Shown: positions 37,145 through 46,885 of the stretch, in pieces
Layout of the letters: the number at the start of each line of letters is the position of its first letter
Position numbering within the stretch: the stretch's first letter is position 1
DNA from: a virus
Direction: 5' to 3' (one strand)
Length of the DNA: 64,000 nucleotides
Virus record (IMG/VR): IMGVR_UViG_3300032323_001868
Location: 25,762-89,761 of that record
Made by a program: the position numbers and the translations under genes
Notes under the pieces: generated by a model
Told to the model about the DNA's origin: nothing
Database searches by the model: none
What the model saw: only the letters and a program-made list of their open reading frames with translations

Positions 37145-37531
37145 ATGGATGCTTTAATTAACCCAAAAACTGGTAAACCCCTTGTACAAAATGTGCGTCG
37201 TCAGGTTATTGAAAAGAAATACAACTGGGGTCTATATGTGTACAAGAAATCAAATGGTAAGTGGTTTACCGATGGCGAAGGAAATGTTTTAAATATTGAA
37301 TCCATGAGAGGTGATATTTCAAAAATATCACAACTAAAAGACGCTGCAAAGTATTACGGAGATGCTGGTGACGGTGAGGCTGTATTTGTTCCTGGGCTTA
37401 CAAGAGTTTCAGATGAAGAATATTCTGAGCAGTTAGACAGAATGAATCAAGGACTTATTCCATCTATGAATGACTTAGGCGCATGGCATGCAGCACAACA
37501 AACTCATGATAGGTATGGTAGTGATGAGTAA
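37145..37531 (+). CDS. conserved hypothetical protein upstream of portal
   Basis: Leaderless TGGTATACT promoter; overlaps the portal start. Confidence 0.75.
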   Translation: MDALINPKTGKPLVQNVRRQVIEKKYNWGLYVYKKSNGKWFTDGEGNVLNIESMRGDISKISQLKDAAKYYGDAGDGEAVFVPGLTRVSDEEYSEQLDRMNQGLIPSMNDLGAWHAAQQTHDRYGSDE

Positions 37532-39116
37532 CGAATATCCAATTTTTGCAAAATTAAACACACAGGAAAAAGATCCAAATCCTTTTGCTGCTCAAGACCC
37601 ATTTAATAAAAATTGGGAAGATTTAAAAGATCTTGGAGGTATTAATCAAAACTTTAAACGCAGAACAAGTCGTGTTGTTAACAAGGCTGTTGGTGATCCA
37701 GCATACCTAGATGCAGCAAACGCCATGCCATCAGGAGAAGATTCTGCATCAAAGCAGATTAATCCTGGAACCGTATATCGTAATGGATATGGACTGTTTG
37801 ATGTAATTACACCACCATACAATATGTATGAGTTGGCTAACTTTTATGATACATCATTTGCAAACCATGCTGCTATTGATGCCAAGGTAGAAAATATTGT
37901 TGGCCTTGGATATAGATTTGATCTAACAGATACCACTGCTCTTCGTTTTGAAAGTAGTGACGATCAAGAAAAGGTTGCTCGTGCTCGCAAGCGTGTAGAG
38001 CGTATGAAGATTGAACTTCGTGATTGGCTAGAAAGTCTTAACGATGATGATTCTTTTACAAAGATTATGGAAAAAGTTTTTACAGATCTCCAAGCAACAG
38101 GTAATGGATTTATTGAAGTAGGTCGTAATGTTGAGGGGCAGATTGGCTATATTGGACACATTCCAGCAACAACAATTCGTGTTCGTAGACTTCATGATGG
38201 TTTCTTACAGATTATTGGAAACAAGATTGTATACTTTAGAAACTTTGGGGCAACAAATCAAAACCCAGTTACTTCAGATCCAAGACCAAATGAAATTATT
38301 CATATTAAGGAATATTCTCCACTAAACACATTCTATGGAGTTCCAGATATTGTTTCTGCGCTTCCTTCATTAGTCGGAGACCATTTGGCTTCTCAATATA
38401 ATATTGACTACTTTGAAAATAAAGCAGTTCCAAGATACATCATTACTCTTAAGGGTGCACAGTTAAGTGCAGACTCAGAAGATAAGATGTTTAGATTTTT
38501 GCAAACAGGACTAAAGTCTCAGTCACATAGAACACTCTATATCCCACTTCCTGGTGATACAGATCAAAATAAAGTTGAGTTCAAAATGGAGCCAATTGAA
38601 AACGGAATTCAGGATGGTTCTTTTAAAGAGTATCGTAAGCAAAATCGTGATGATATTCTGATTGCACACCAAGTACCTATTTCTAAAATTGGTGGATCTG
38701 AATCTGGTTTGGCTGCTGCTTTATCGCAAGATAGAACATTTAAAGAGCAGGTGGCTCGACCAGCACAGCATCACCTAGAGAAAATTATCAACAAGATTAT
38801 TAAAGAACAGACTGATATTCTTGAGTTGAAGTTTAATGAACTTACACTTACAGATGAAATTGCTCAGGCACAGATTCTTGAGAAGTATGTCAAGACTCAA
38901 ATTATGCTTCCAAACGAGGCTCGTGAGATTCTTGATTTGCCTCAGATAGAGGGTGGGGACAAACCTCTTGAGTTGACGGCAAGAGCAGCAGCAGATGCTA
39001 GAGCAAATACTGCCAATCGCCGTACAAGAGATACAGAAAGAACAAACAATCAATCTGATAGCCCGTCAACCATATCTGGTCGTAATCCCCAGGGTGAGGG
39101 TAGAGCATCTCAATAA
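37524..39116 (+). CDS. portal protein
   Basis: D..ATGNGFIEV.R, EIIH, YGVP, YFEN.AVP, I..AHQVP, PNEAR; precedes protease and capsid. Confidence 0.92.
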   Translation: MSNEYPIFAKLNTQEKDPNPFAAQDPFNKNWEDLKDLGGINQNFKRRTSRVVNKAVGDPAYLDAANAMPSGEDSASKQINPGTVYRNGYGLFDVITPPYNMYELANFYDTSFANHAAIDAKVENIVGLGYRFDLTDTTALRFESSDDQEKVARARKRVERMKIELRDWLESLNDDDSFTKIMEKVFTDLQATGNGFIEVGRNVEGQIGYIGHIPATTIRVRRLHDGFLQIIGNKIVYFRNFGATNQNPVTSDPRPNEIIHIKEYSPLNTFYGVPDIVSALPSLVGDHLASQYNIDYFENKAVPRYIITLKGAQLSADSEDKMFRFLQTGLKSQSHRTLYIPLPGDTDQNKVEFKMEPIENGIQDGSFKEYRKQNRDDILIAHQVPISKIGGSESGLAAALSQDRTFKEQVARPAQHHLEKIINKIIKEQTDILELKFNELTLTDEIAQAQILEKYVKTQIMLPNEAREILDLPQIEGGDKPLELTARAAADARANTANRRTRDTERTNNQSDSPSTISGRNPQGEGRASQ

Positions 39117-39156
39117 TTGAGAAAAGCCTATAAACGTTTGGTATAATAGATTCGAT

Positions 39157-40467
39157 ATGAAAATAAATAAGGCTTCCTGGGTTACGGAAGGCGACAATGT
39201 TCGTCTTTCAATGCCCTTTGGAAAAGTAGATACAGAGAAGAGAATTGTCTCTGGTTTTGCTTCACTTGACAATCTAGACAAGCAATATGACATTGTAACA
39301 ACTGAAGCATCTATGTCTGCTTTTGCAAAGTTCCGTGGTAATATTCGTGAAATGCATCAGCCATCAGCAGTAGGCAAGATGATTTCATTTAAAGAAGAAA
39401 AGTATTTTGATCCAGAATCAAAGAAGTTTTACAAGGGTGTTTATGTTTCTACATACATTTCTAAGGGTGCACAAGATGCGTGGGAAAAGGTTCTAGACGG
39501 AACATATACTGGTTTTTCAATCGGGGGTAGAATGAATAAGTGGGATGATGCTTATGATGAAAAGATGGATAAGCAGATTAGAATTATTAAGGATTACGAC
39601 CTAATTGAACTTTCACTAGTTGACAGCCCAGCAAATCAGTTTGCAAGCATTATGTCAGTAGAAAAGGTAGATGGTGTTGACATTATTAAGGTTGATGATA
39701 CTGTGCTTGAAAATGTTTTTTATGATAAGAGTTCTGGACTTGTTATTACATCGGAAGAAGAAACACATGTAAGCCCAGTCACTGGCGAAGAGATGACAAA
39801 CATTGGTTTTGTAGAAAAAGATGATTCAGAAAAAGCAAACATGATAAAGTTCTTAGTTGATAGTGCTAAAGGCATTAGTACAATTAAGATTACAAAGGAG
39901 GTAAATCCTATGACAGAAACAACAGAAGCAGCAGTTGATGCTGTAGTTGAAAGTGCAGAGGTTGCTCCAGAGGCACAGCCAGCAGAAGTTGAAAAGACTG
40001 ATGCAGTCGCTGAAGAAGCAGCAGTTGTTGAAGAGACAGAAGTTGCAAAGTCAGTTGATGGTGGTGCAGATTCCGCTGTAGCAGAAGCAGCAGTGGAAGA
40101 AGAGACTGTAAAGGAAGCATCAGACGTTGTTAACGAAGTTGCATCAGCAGTTAATGAGGAAGTTGCAAAGGCAGTTTCTGAAATTAAAGAGTCTCTTACT
40201 AATGCCTTTGGCGATCTTGCTGCAACAATTAAGTCTCTTAATGAGCAAGTAGCAGCAGTAACAAAGTCCGTTGATAGCGTAACAGGTGAGGTTAACAATA
40301 TCAAGGGTAACTTTAATGAGTTTGGCAAGCGAGTAGATGCCGTAGTTGCAGACACCGCTTTCCGCAAGTCTGGCGATCTAGGCGAGATCGTGCAGTTTGA
40401 GCCTGTAAAGGTTCAGAAATCCCTATGGGGCGGACGTTTCCTCACAAATTCCGACCTATTAAGTTAA
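39157..40467 (+). CDS. HK97-type prohead protease fused to scaffold
   Basis: VSGFAS...D.Q.D, EMHQ, TGFSIGG, ELSLVDSPAN; acidic Ala/Glu-rich coiled-coil C-half. Confidence 0.9.
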   Translation: MKINKASWVTEGDNVRLSMPFGKVDTEKRIVSGFASLDNLDKQYDIVTTEASMSAFAKFRGNIREMHQPSAVGKMISFKEEKYFDPESKKFYKGVYVSTYISKGAQDAWEKVLDGTYTGFSIGGRMNKWDDAYDEKMDKQIRIIKDYDLIELSLVDSPANQFASIMSVEKVDGVDIIKVDDTVLENVFYDKSSGLVITSEEETHVSPVTGEEMTNIGFVEKDDSEKANMIKFLVDSAKGISTIKITKEVNPMTETTEAAVDAVVESAEVAPEAQPAEVEKTDAVAEEAAVVEETEVAKSVDGGADSAVAEAAVEEETVKEASDVVNEVASAVNEEVAKAVSEIKESLTNAFGDLAATIKSLNEQVAAVTKSVDSVTGEVNNIKGNFNEFGKRVDAVVADTAFRKSGDLGEIVQFEPVKVQKSLWGGRFLTNSDLLS

Positions 40468-40495
40468 GATATAAAATCACTAGGAGGTGAACAAT

Positions 40496-41638
40496 ATGTC
40501 AGAACAAAATACAGATATCGTAAAGAACTATCCAGGTTCTCCAACTGAAAATCACGCTCACAATGGCGATGGTGCATTTGCATCAGGTGCTATTGGAGGT
40601 GCAACAGTTACAGGTCCAGATGGCAACCTTACACCCGCTGCTTCTCTCGGTAACATTGCTACAGCAGCATTTGGTACCTACGGAGCAAATTCTGTAAACC
40701 CAACTGGTACACCAGGTGGTATTTTAGCACCAGAGCAGGCTCGTCGCTTCATCGACTATGTGTGGGATGCAACAGTTCTCGCCAAGGATGGCCGTAGAGT
40801 TACTATGCGAGCAAACACAATGGAACTTGAGAAAGTTAACGTTGGTGAGCGTGTAATCCGTGCTGCTGCACAAGCACAGCCAGATTTCACAAACGCAGGT
40901 GCTACATTTACTAAGGTTGAACTTACTACAAAGAAGATTCGTCTTGATTGGGAAGTATCAACTGAAGCGCTTGAAGACAATATTGAAGGTGGAGCACTTG
41001 AAGATCATCTAGTTCGCTTGATGACCAATGCTTTTGCTAACGATATCGAAGATCTTGCAATCAATGGTGATGGTTCAACAGGACCATTCCTTTCGATCAT
41101 GGAAGGTTTCGTAAACAAGGTTACAGACGGTTCAGATGCTCACGAAGCAGCAGTAACTGTTTCTAACAACGAATGGACTCCAAACGTTATGCAGGACATC
41201 ATCTTGGCAATGCCACGTAAGTACCGTGCACTTAAGTCAAACCTTAAGTTCTACGCAGGTACAGACGCATTCCAGGGTATTGTTAAGAATAACGGTACAC
41301 TTGCTGATGCAATTGCAGAAGCAGTTCAGGGTCAGATTCCAGGAAGCACACAGGCTAACCGCCAGGCTTACCTCGATGGCGCAGGACAGACATTCGGCGA
41401 TGCTCGCACAACTCGTGTACTCGGCATCACAGTCCAGGAAGTTCCTTACTACCCAGCAGGTTATGTCGACTTGACATTCCCAGCAAACCGTGTATGGGGA
41501 TTCCAGCGTGATATCACAGTAAATCGTGAATATATCAACAAGAAGGACACCATTGAATACACCGTATTCGTTCGCTTTGGTCTTCAGTGGGAAGAGTTGG
41601 ATGCAGTTGCTTACGCAGATGCAGCCTCAGATTCCTAA
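40496..41638 (+). CDS. major capsid protein (HK97 fold)
   Basis: GGAGG RBS, GGIL.PEQ..RF, E.LEDNIEG, EDLAINGD; position after the protease. Confidence 0.92.
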   Translation: MSEQNTDIVKNYPGSPTENHAHNGDGAFASGAIGGATVTGPDGNLTPAASLGNIATAAFGTYGANSVNPTGTPGGILAPEQARRFIDYVWDATVLAKDGRRVTMRANTMELEKVNVGERVIRAAAQAQPDFTNAGATFTKVELTTKKIRLDWEVSTEALEDNIEGGALEDHLVRLMTNAFANDIEDLAINGDGSTGPFLSIMEGFVNKVTDGSDAHEAAVTVSNNEWTPNVMQDIILAMPRKYRALKSNLKFYAGTDAFQGIVKNNGTLADAIAEAVQGQIPGSTQANRQAYLDGAGQTFGDARTTRVLGITVQEVPYYPAGYVDLTFPANRVWGFQRDITVNREYINKKDTIEYTVFVRFGLQWEELDAVAYADAASDS

Positions 41639-41658
41639 TTAATACCAAGCAATGATCT

Positions 41659-41688
41659 AGGGGGGCAGCGTAAAAACTGCCCCTCTTA
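41659..41688 (+). terminator. hairpin or terminator after the capsid gene
   Basis: AGGGGGGCAG/CTGCCCCTCT stem, weak T tail. Confidence 0.65.
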
Positions 41689-41706
41689 GTCATATAAGGA
41701 GAAAAT

Positions 41707-41922
41707 ATGTCTTATCCAGGAAGTACACCAGAAGAACATAACCACCGCAGCAGTGGATGCATTGTTGCAGGTGGAGTAACTGGAACAGTTATATCTGGAC
41801 CTAACGGAATCATATCTGAAAAAAATGCTTTAGGGTGTATACCTACAGCAAACTTTGGTGAGAACATAATTATGTCTGGAACACCTTCAGGCATTAGAAG
41901 ACCTCAGACCTTAAGAAGATAA
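41707..41922 (+). CDS. 71-aa stand-alone paralogue of the major capsid N-terminal arm
   Basis: AAGGAG RBS; colinear with MCP N-terminal residues from YPGS to RR. Confidence 0.75.
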   Translation: MSYPGSTPEEHNHRSSGCIVAGGVTGTVISGPNGIISEKNALGCIPTANFGENIIMSGTPSGIRRPQTLRR

Positions 41923-41958
41923 CTCTGGTATAATTACAGTTAGGCATAGGGAGATCAA

Positions 41959-42303
41959 ATGACAATAATGGAAGATTTAGCAACAAAGACTGTTATGGAA
42001 TTAAAGTCATACGCTAAAAAGAATAACATTGATCTATTTGGGGTAAAAACAAAGTTAGAAATACTAGAAGTAATTGCTAGTTTTCATCCAAATGACAAAG
42101 CACCGTCAGATTTAAAAGAAGAAGTTAAGCAGCCAGAAGAAAAGGTTGCTCTTTACTCTACTAGAAATATCCACTGGAATGGTTTGGGGTCTCTTGCAGT
42201 AGGATACAACATCGTCTCAAAGGAGGCATCGGAAAAGATGGTTACTCATAAGGCAGTACGCATAGCGTCTCCAGAAGAGGTAGCATCATACTACGGTAAA
42301 TAA
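41959..42303 (+). CDS. Rho-N/HeH-like domain head-associated protein
   Basis: L..KTV.ELK.YAK..NI.L....K.EIL..I. Confidence 0.7.
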   Translation: MTIMEDLATKTVMELKSYAKKNNIDLFGVKTKLEILEVIASFHPNDKAPSDLKEEVKQPEEKVALYSTRNIHWNGLGSLAVGYNIVSKEASEKMVTHKAVRIASPEEVASYYGK

Positions 42304-42305
42304 TT

Positions 42306-43304
42306 ATGCAGATTCTAAGACTCCCACCATACCCACTTTCTGTTACATATACAGTGCCAGATGCCAATAGAGAATATGTTTTAGTAATTGAAGACACTTT
42401 AGAACAATCAGAAGTTGTGGCATATATAACATCAAACTCTAGTTCAAAGATAACATACACGCTAGATGGAGATTTTATTAAATACGACAAGTCATATTCA
42501 TTAACTATCTATGAAGATTTAGAAGAAGAGGGTAATGTCTATGAAGATCGTGGAGACATCGTTGTTCAGGATAACCTAGAGATTGCTAGACCATATGTAA
42601 ATGCAAGAGAGTTAGCAGCAAGCCACGGACTAACCACTGCAACAGAGATTTCAAAGTATGAAGAGTATGAAAACTTAGCCAGAATACTTATTGACAGTAT
42701 TACTGGTGGATTTTATTACAAGAGAAAGTATGTTGAACCAGTTGGACAAGAAACTGACTATATGCCAGTTTGGGATAAGGTTGAAAAACTAGTAAAGGTT
42801 TATGAAAACTCTATTTTAGTTTATGATGTTAACTCTGCAGATGGCCCAGCACTAGGCGAATGGAACTATTTACTTACAAAAGATAAAAGTGCAATTGTCA
42901 AAGATCCAGTAACAGGAACAGACGGATACAATAGATCAGAGCGTAGACCAGCAAGAGTTCCACTAGCAGCATCTGACTCCCTATCTTTGTTTGATACAGA
43001 TGATAGCGGAAACGTAGCAACCATTACCCCTGGAGTTACATTTCCAGCAGGAACTGATTATATTTTCTTGGCAGAAGTTGGTTATAAGGTAGTTCCTTAC
43101 GATATTCAGGATGCAACTAAGATGCTTATTGAAGATATTAAATGTGGCAAACTTGACTACTACAAGAGATATGTAAAGAATTACAGCACAGACCAGTTTA
43201 AGATCGAATACGATAAGCAGATATCTGATGGTACTGGCAATCTTATTGTTGATAAAATTCTAGCGGGATACACTAATAAGATTACACGTATTGGAATTTT
43301 ATAA
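42306..43304 (+). CDS. head-tail adaptor
   Basis: A..LIDSITG, VP.DI.DAT..L, TGNLIVD.IL..Y; position in neck cluster. Confidence 0.75.
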   Translation: MQILRLPPYPLSVTYTVPDANREYVLVIEDTLEQSEVVAYITSNSSSKITYTLDGDFIKYDKSYSLTIYEDLEEEGNVYEDRGDIVVQDNLEIARPYVNARELAASHGLTTATEISKYEEYENLARILIDSITGGFYYKRKYVEPVGQETDYMPVWDKVEKLVKVYENSILVYDVNSADGPALGEWNYLLTKDKSAIVKDPVTGTDGYNRSERRPARVPLAASDSLSLFDTDDSGNVATITPGVTFPAGTDYIFLAEVGYKVVPYDIQDATKMLIEDIKCGKLDYYKRYVKNYSTDQFKIEYDKQISDGTGNLIVDKILAGYTNKITRIGIL

Positions 43305-43753
43305 TGAATACATGTGAAGTTACTGACTTCATGTATCCTATGAAGGCCGACATATATTACGCAACCATTAAACAAAACGAGTACGGTCAGCCAAAGAAAA
43401 CCTGGATATACGATAGAAGTATTGTTTGTAATGCAACTCCAGCAGGTGGTGCTAACAAAGAAGAAATTAAGCCTGAACTATTTTTACAGAATAATGGACA
43501 ACTAATTGGACGCACAAAGTCTGATCCACGTATATCTTCACAAGAATCAAACAGTGCAATGACAAACATTTTAGTTACAAATATACGAAATGCAAGTGAT
43601 GACATTATATACAGAGAAACTACTGGGCCAAGATCTGGTAGAGCAACAATATATGAGTTTGCTACGGTAGAACCATTTGTTGGACCATTTGGAGATATTC
43701 AATACTATAAAGTTCTTTGGCGTAGAGCAGAGAACCAGTCTGTAGGTGACTAA
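43304..43753 (+). CDS. head closure (stopper) protein
   Basis: Size, synteny and NEYGQ...W motif. Confidence 0.65.
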   Translation: MNTCEVTDFMYPMKADIYYATIKQNEYGQPKKTWIYDRSIVCNATPAGGANKEEIKPELFLQNNGQLIGRTKSDPRISSQESNSAMTNILVTNIRNASDDIIYRETTGPRSGRATIYEFATVEPFVGPFGDIQYYKVLWRRAENQSVGD

Positions 43754-44427
43754 TGAGAGTAGTAACTAACACTAAAAGTTTTCAAAAAGAGATGAACAAC
43801 ATAGTCCAGTACTCGATGGGATTTCTTGATGGAATAGAAAAAGGTAAAACAGAATTTTTAAGATTGCTAGGTCAGGCAGCAATAACATCTTTAGGTCAAT
43901 ATGTAGATGCACAAGCAAGATCTAATCCTGCAGCATTACATCACATATATGAGTGGAATAAAACAGGTAGTCCAGGTGCAAGGCTTTTTGATTTAGACTA
44001 CACAGTTAGCAATTTAGGTTTATCACTTAGAGGAACATTTACACAGTCCAAAACTATTAAAGAAGGATCTAGCGTTCCATTTTATGACAAGGCAAAGATT
44101 ATGGAAAATGGCATACCTGTTACTATTAGGCCAAAGAAAAGAGTTCTTGCCTTTACTATTGACAATGAAGAAATATTTACATCAAATGATGTAACTGTTG
44201 ATAACCCTGGAGGAATTGAGGTTCAGGGATCTTTTGAAAAAACAATAGATGAGTTTATGTTGTATTACTTTAAGCAGTCGTTTTTGAGGGCATCTGGAAT
44301 ATATGATTATATTCAAAAGCCCACAGTATTTAAAAGAGATATTAAGCAGGGAGCAAAACTTGGAAGAAACAAGGGTATTCAAACTGGCTTTAGGTGGATA
44401 GCAAATGTAAAGATTGGTGTAGAATAA
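43753..44427 (+). CDS. neck / tail completion protein
   Basis: Synteny; KA.IME.G..V.I.P. Confidence 0.6.
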   Translation: MRVVTNTKSFQKEMNNIVQYSMGFLDGIEKGKTEFLRLLGQAAITSLGQYVDAQARSNPAALHHIYEWNKTGSPGARLFDLDYTVSNLGLSLRGTFTQSKTIKEGSSVPFYDKAKIMENGIPVTIRPKKRVLAFTIDNEEIFTSNDVTVDNPGGIEVQGSFEKTIDEFMLYYFKQSFLRASGIYDYIQKPTVFKRDIKQGAKLGRNKGIQTGFRWIANVKIGVE

Positions 44428-44431
44428 GCAT

Positions 44432-45004
44432 ATGGATAGAGAACTTTTAGGACAAGAAACATATTACCCAGCATTTGCGCTTAATGGATATCTTGAAGAA
44501 CAACTTAGGCTTTTCGAAATTGTAGCAACTTATCAACAGGGAACCCCCTTTATTCCAGTTTCTTCAACCAGCATAGATGATCTATATGGAGAACTCGTAT
44601 TACAAGATCCAGACGGGTCTTTGCCAGTTTTGATACTATACGATACATTATCAAGATTTAGGCCAGGACCTTTTTATAGGCACAAAAGAGAGCAGATACT
44701 CTATACAGTTCACGGACCACTGGAAAAGGTTTTGGCAACTATCCGCATAATTAATGCTGCCCTTGATAGAGAGGACTCATCGGCACAGGATATAAATATT
44801 TGGTCTTCTGCTAACCAAGAATCTGTGTCTGAAATATCTCAGGGCATATTTTTTCATAACACAAAGACCTTTCAGATAGACGAGTCTAGAGACCTTTTAG
44901 AACTCCAGTCAGCGCAAGGCTCCATGAGAATGATCTACAGAAATAAGATTATTGTCCAATATGACTACCATTCCAATGACCCAGTAGACGCATTATACAC
45001 TTAA
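44432..45004 (+). CDS. tail terminator-like protein
   Basis: Position immediately before the major tail gene. Confidence 0.6.
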   Translation: MDRELLGQETYYPAFALNGYLEEQLRLFEIVATYQQGTPFIPVSSTSIDDLYGELVLQDPDGSLPVLILYDTLSRFRPGPFYRHKREQILYTVHGPLEKVLATIRIINAALDREDSSAQDINIWSSANQESVSEISQGIFFHNTKTFQIDESRDLLELQSAQGSMRMIYRNKIIVQYDYHSNDPVDALYT

Positions 45005-45081
45005 AATGCTGTTATACTTAGGATGAGGAAACACAACGCCAAACAACTTAATAACCCTATTTAGGAAAAAGAGGTGAAAAT

Positions 45082-45720
45082 ATGGCTAACTATAGCCGTG
45101 GTACATCAACCAACATCATCGTTGGTGCAGCAGCACTTTTTGTTGCAGATACAACTCTTGATGCAGCAAGCCTTACAGCGTTTGAAACAACTAAGTCTTT
45201 TAAGGATACCCTTACAAACGATGCAGATTACACAAACGTAGGCTACACAATGAACGGCCTTGAATTGCAGTTCCAACCAGATTTCGGTGAAGTCCAGGTA
45301 GACCAAATTCTTGACGTTGCAAAACTTTACAAGCAGGGTATGCAGGTTAATCTTGCAACTGCTTTCGCCGAGGCAACACTAGAAAACCTTCTTCTTGCAC
45401 TTGCATACAGCGATTCAAAACTTACAGGCAACAAGGCTACTTCAGGTGGTCGTGTACTTGATCTCTCAGCAGGAGACATCGGAGAATGTCCAGTTGAAAG
45501 AGGAATCGTTGCAATTGGTCCAGGAACAGGTGACTGCGTTGATTCAGCAACAGTAGAGCGTGTATACACAGCATACCGTGCACTTTCAATTGAAAATGTT
45601 ACAGTATCTGCAAAGCGTGATGAGGCTTCAATGTTTGAAGTTTCATTCCGTCTTCTTCCAGAGGACGTTTCAGGTTCATACGGTAAGATCGTAGATCGTA
45701 CCTTCACACCTGCTTCATAA
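45082..45720 (+). CDS. major tail tube protein
   Basis: NII.GA..LF, VGYT..G, V.VDQ, .AEATLENL; strong RBS and downstream terminator. Confidence 0.88.
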   Translation: MANYSRGTSTNIIVGAAALFVADTTLDAASLTAFETTKSFKDTLTNDADYTNVGYTMNGLELQFQPDFGEVQVDQILDVAKLYKQGMQVNLATAFAEATLENLLLALAYSDSKLTGNKATSGGRVLDLSAGDIGECPVERGIVAIGPGTGDCVDSATVERVYTAYRALSIENVTVSAKRDEASMFEVSFRLLPEDVSGSYGKIVDRTFTPAS

Positions 45721-45737
45721 TTTAATAAATTATACGA

Positions 45738-45773
45738 CAGGCCCATCTCTTCGGAGGTGGGCTTTGTTGTTTT
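45738..45773 (+). terminator. intrinsic terminator
   Basis: GCCCATCTC-TTCG-GAGGTGGGC followed by a T-rich tail. Confidence 0.9.
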
Positions 45774-45792
45774 ATGATAGAATAGATTATCT

Positions 45793-46482
45793 ATGGCAAC
45801 TACTGTATATGATAGCGAATTTGTTAAATTATTTAATAACAAATCTATTGAGATTACTCCACTTAAGATTAAATATCTTCGTGAGTTTATGGTAGCCTTT
45901 GAAGATATTAAAAATGCAAAAAATGATGATGAGTCAATTGGAGTACTTGTTGAATGTACAAGGGTATGTATGAAACAGTATTGTCCAGAAATATCTTCCA
46001 CTGTTGAAGATGTAGAAGATAATCTAGATCTACCCACAATTTATAAAGTGCTAGAGGTTGCAGCAGGCATAAAAATAAATAAATCTTCTGAAGAACCAGT
46101 AAAGAAACAGGCAGAAAAAGGCAATACTTGGAATGACTTAGACCTGGCTAAACTTGAGTCAGAAGTATTTTTGCTGGGTATTTGGAAAGATTATCAAGAA
46201 CTAGAACTATCTCTATCTATGCCAGAACTTATGGCAACTTTAGAAATAAGTAGAGAATTAGATTATTCTGAAAAGAAGTTTCTTGCTGCTATTCAAGGAG
46301 TAGATTTAGATAAAGAAACTGGAAAATCCAGGGGACAGCAAGAGTGGGAAGACATGAAGGCTAGAGTATTTAGTGGTGGTCAGACTAGCGATTCTAACGA
46401 TGTTTTATCCCTACAAGGACCAAAGGCTAAGCAACTAGGGTTTGGTATTGGGATGGGCTTGGATTACGAAAACCTCACATAA
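45793..46482 (+). CDS. tail assembly chaperone, long (GT-like) form
   Basis: N-half homologous to 46531..46863; C-half W.....LE..LS..EL; lies between MTP and TMP. Confidence 0.75.
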   Translation: MATTVYDSEFVKLFNNKSIEITPLKIKYLREFMVAFEDIKNAKNDDESIGVLVECTRVCMKQYCPEISSTVEDVEDNLDLPTIYKVLEVAAGIKINKSSEEPVKKQAEKGNTWNDLDLAKLESEVFLLGIWKDYQELELSLSMPELMATLEISRELDYSEKKFLAAIQGVDLDKETGKSRGQQEWEDMKARVFSGGQTSDSNDVLSLQGPKAKQLGFGIGMGLDYENLT

Positions 46483-46530
46483 AAATAGGCTTATTGTGCT
46501 ATAATTAACTAAGTCTATATAGGAGGACTA

Positions 46531-46863
46531 ATGGCAACAACAGTACATGAGGGTAGAGAACTCACTCTTATGGATGGATCAAAGATTAGCGTTAGACCGC
46601 TAAAGATTTCTTTGCTTCGCCCATTTATGAGCGAGTTTGAAAAAATAGCAGAGGTGGCAGATAATAACGAGAAGTCTATGGCTCTTCTTATGAAATGCGT
46701 ACAAATTGCTATGAAGCAGTATAATCCAGAGTTAGCATCAGATAAGGATAAACTCGAAGACATTCTTGATCTTCCAACAGTTTATGAAATTATTGAAGCA
46801 GCATCAGGAGTTAAACTACAAGACGCAAATGCTTTGTTAAATACAGTACTTGCAAACAACTAA
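46531..46863 (+). CDS. tail assembly chaperone, short (G-like) form
   Basis: MATTV...PLKI..LR.FM..FE.I...MKQY.PE...LDLPT.Y...E.A.G.K shared with 45793. Confidence 0.75.
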   Translation: MATTVHEGRELTLMDGSKISVRPLKISLLRPFMSEFEKIAEVADNNEKSMALLMKCVQIAMKQYNPELASDKDKLEDILDLPTVYEIIEAASGVKLQDANALLNTVLANN

Positions 46864-46885
46864 ACAGTAGAAGAGGTGCTAGTCG

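Noticed and set aside
39720-46037. Long antisense ORFs (39720..40367 and 45327..46037) and similar ones opposite TMP and tail genes
   Set aside because: Typical reverse-frame shadows of codon-biased structural genes, with no RBS or motifs
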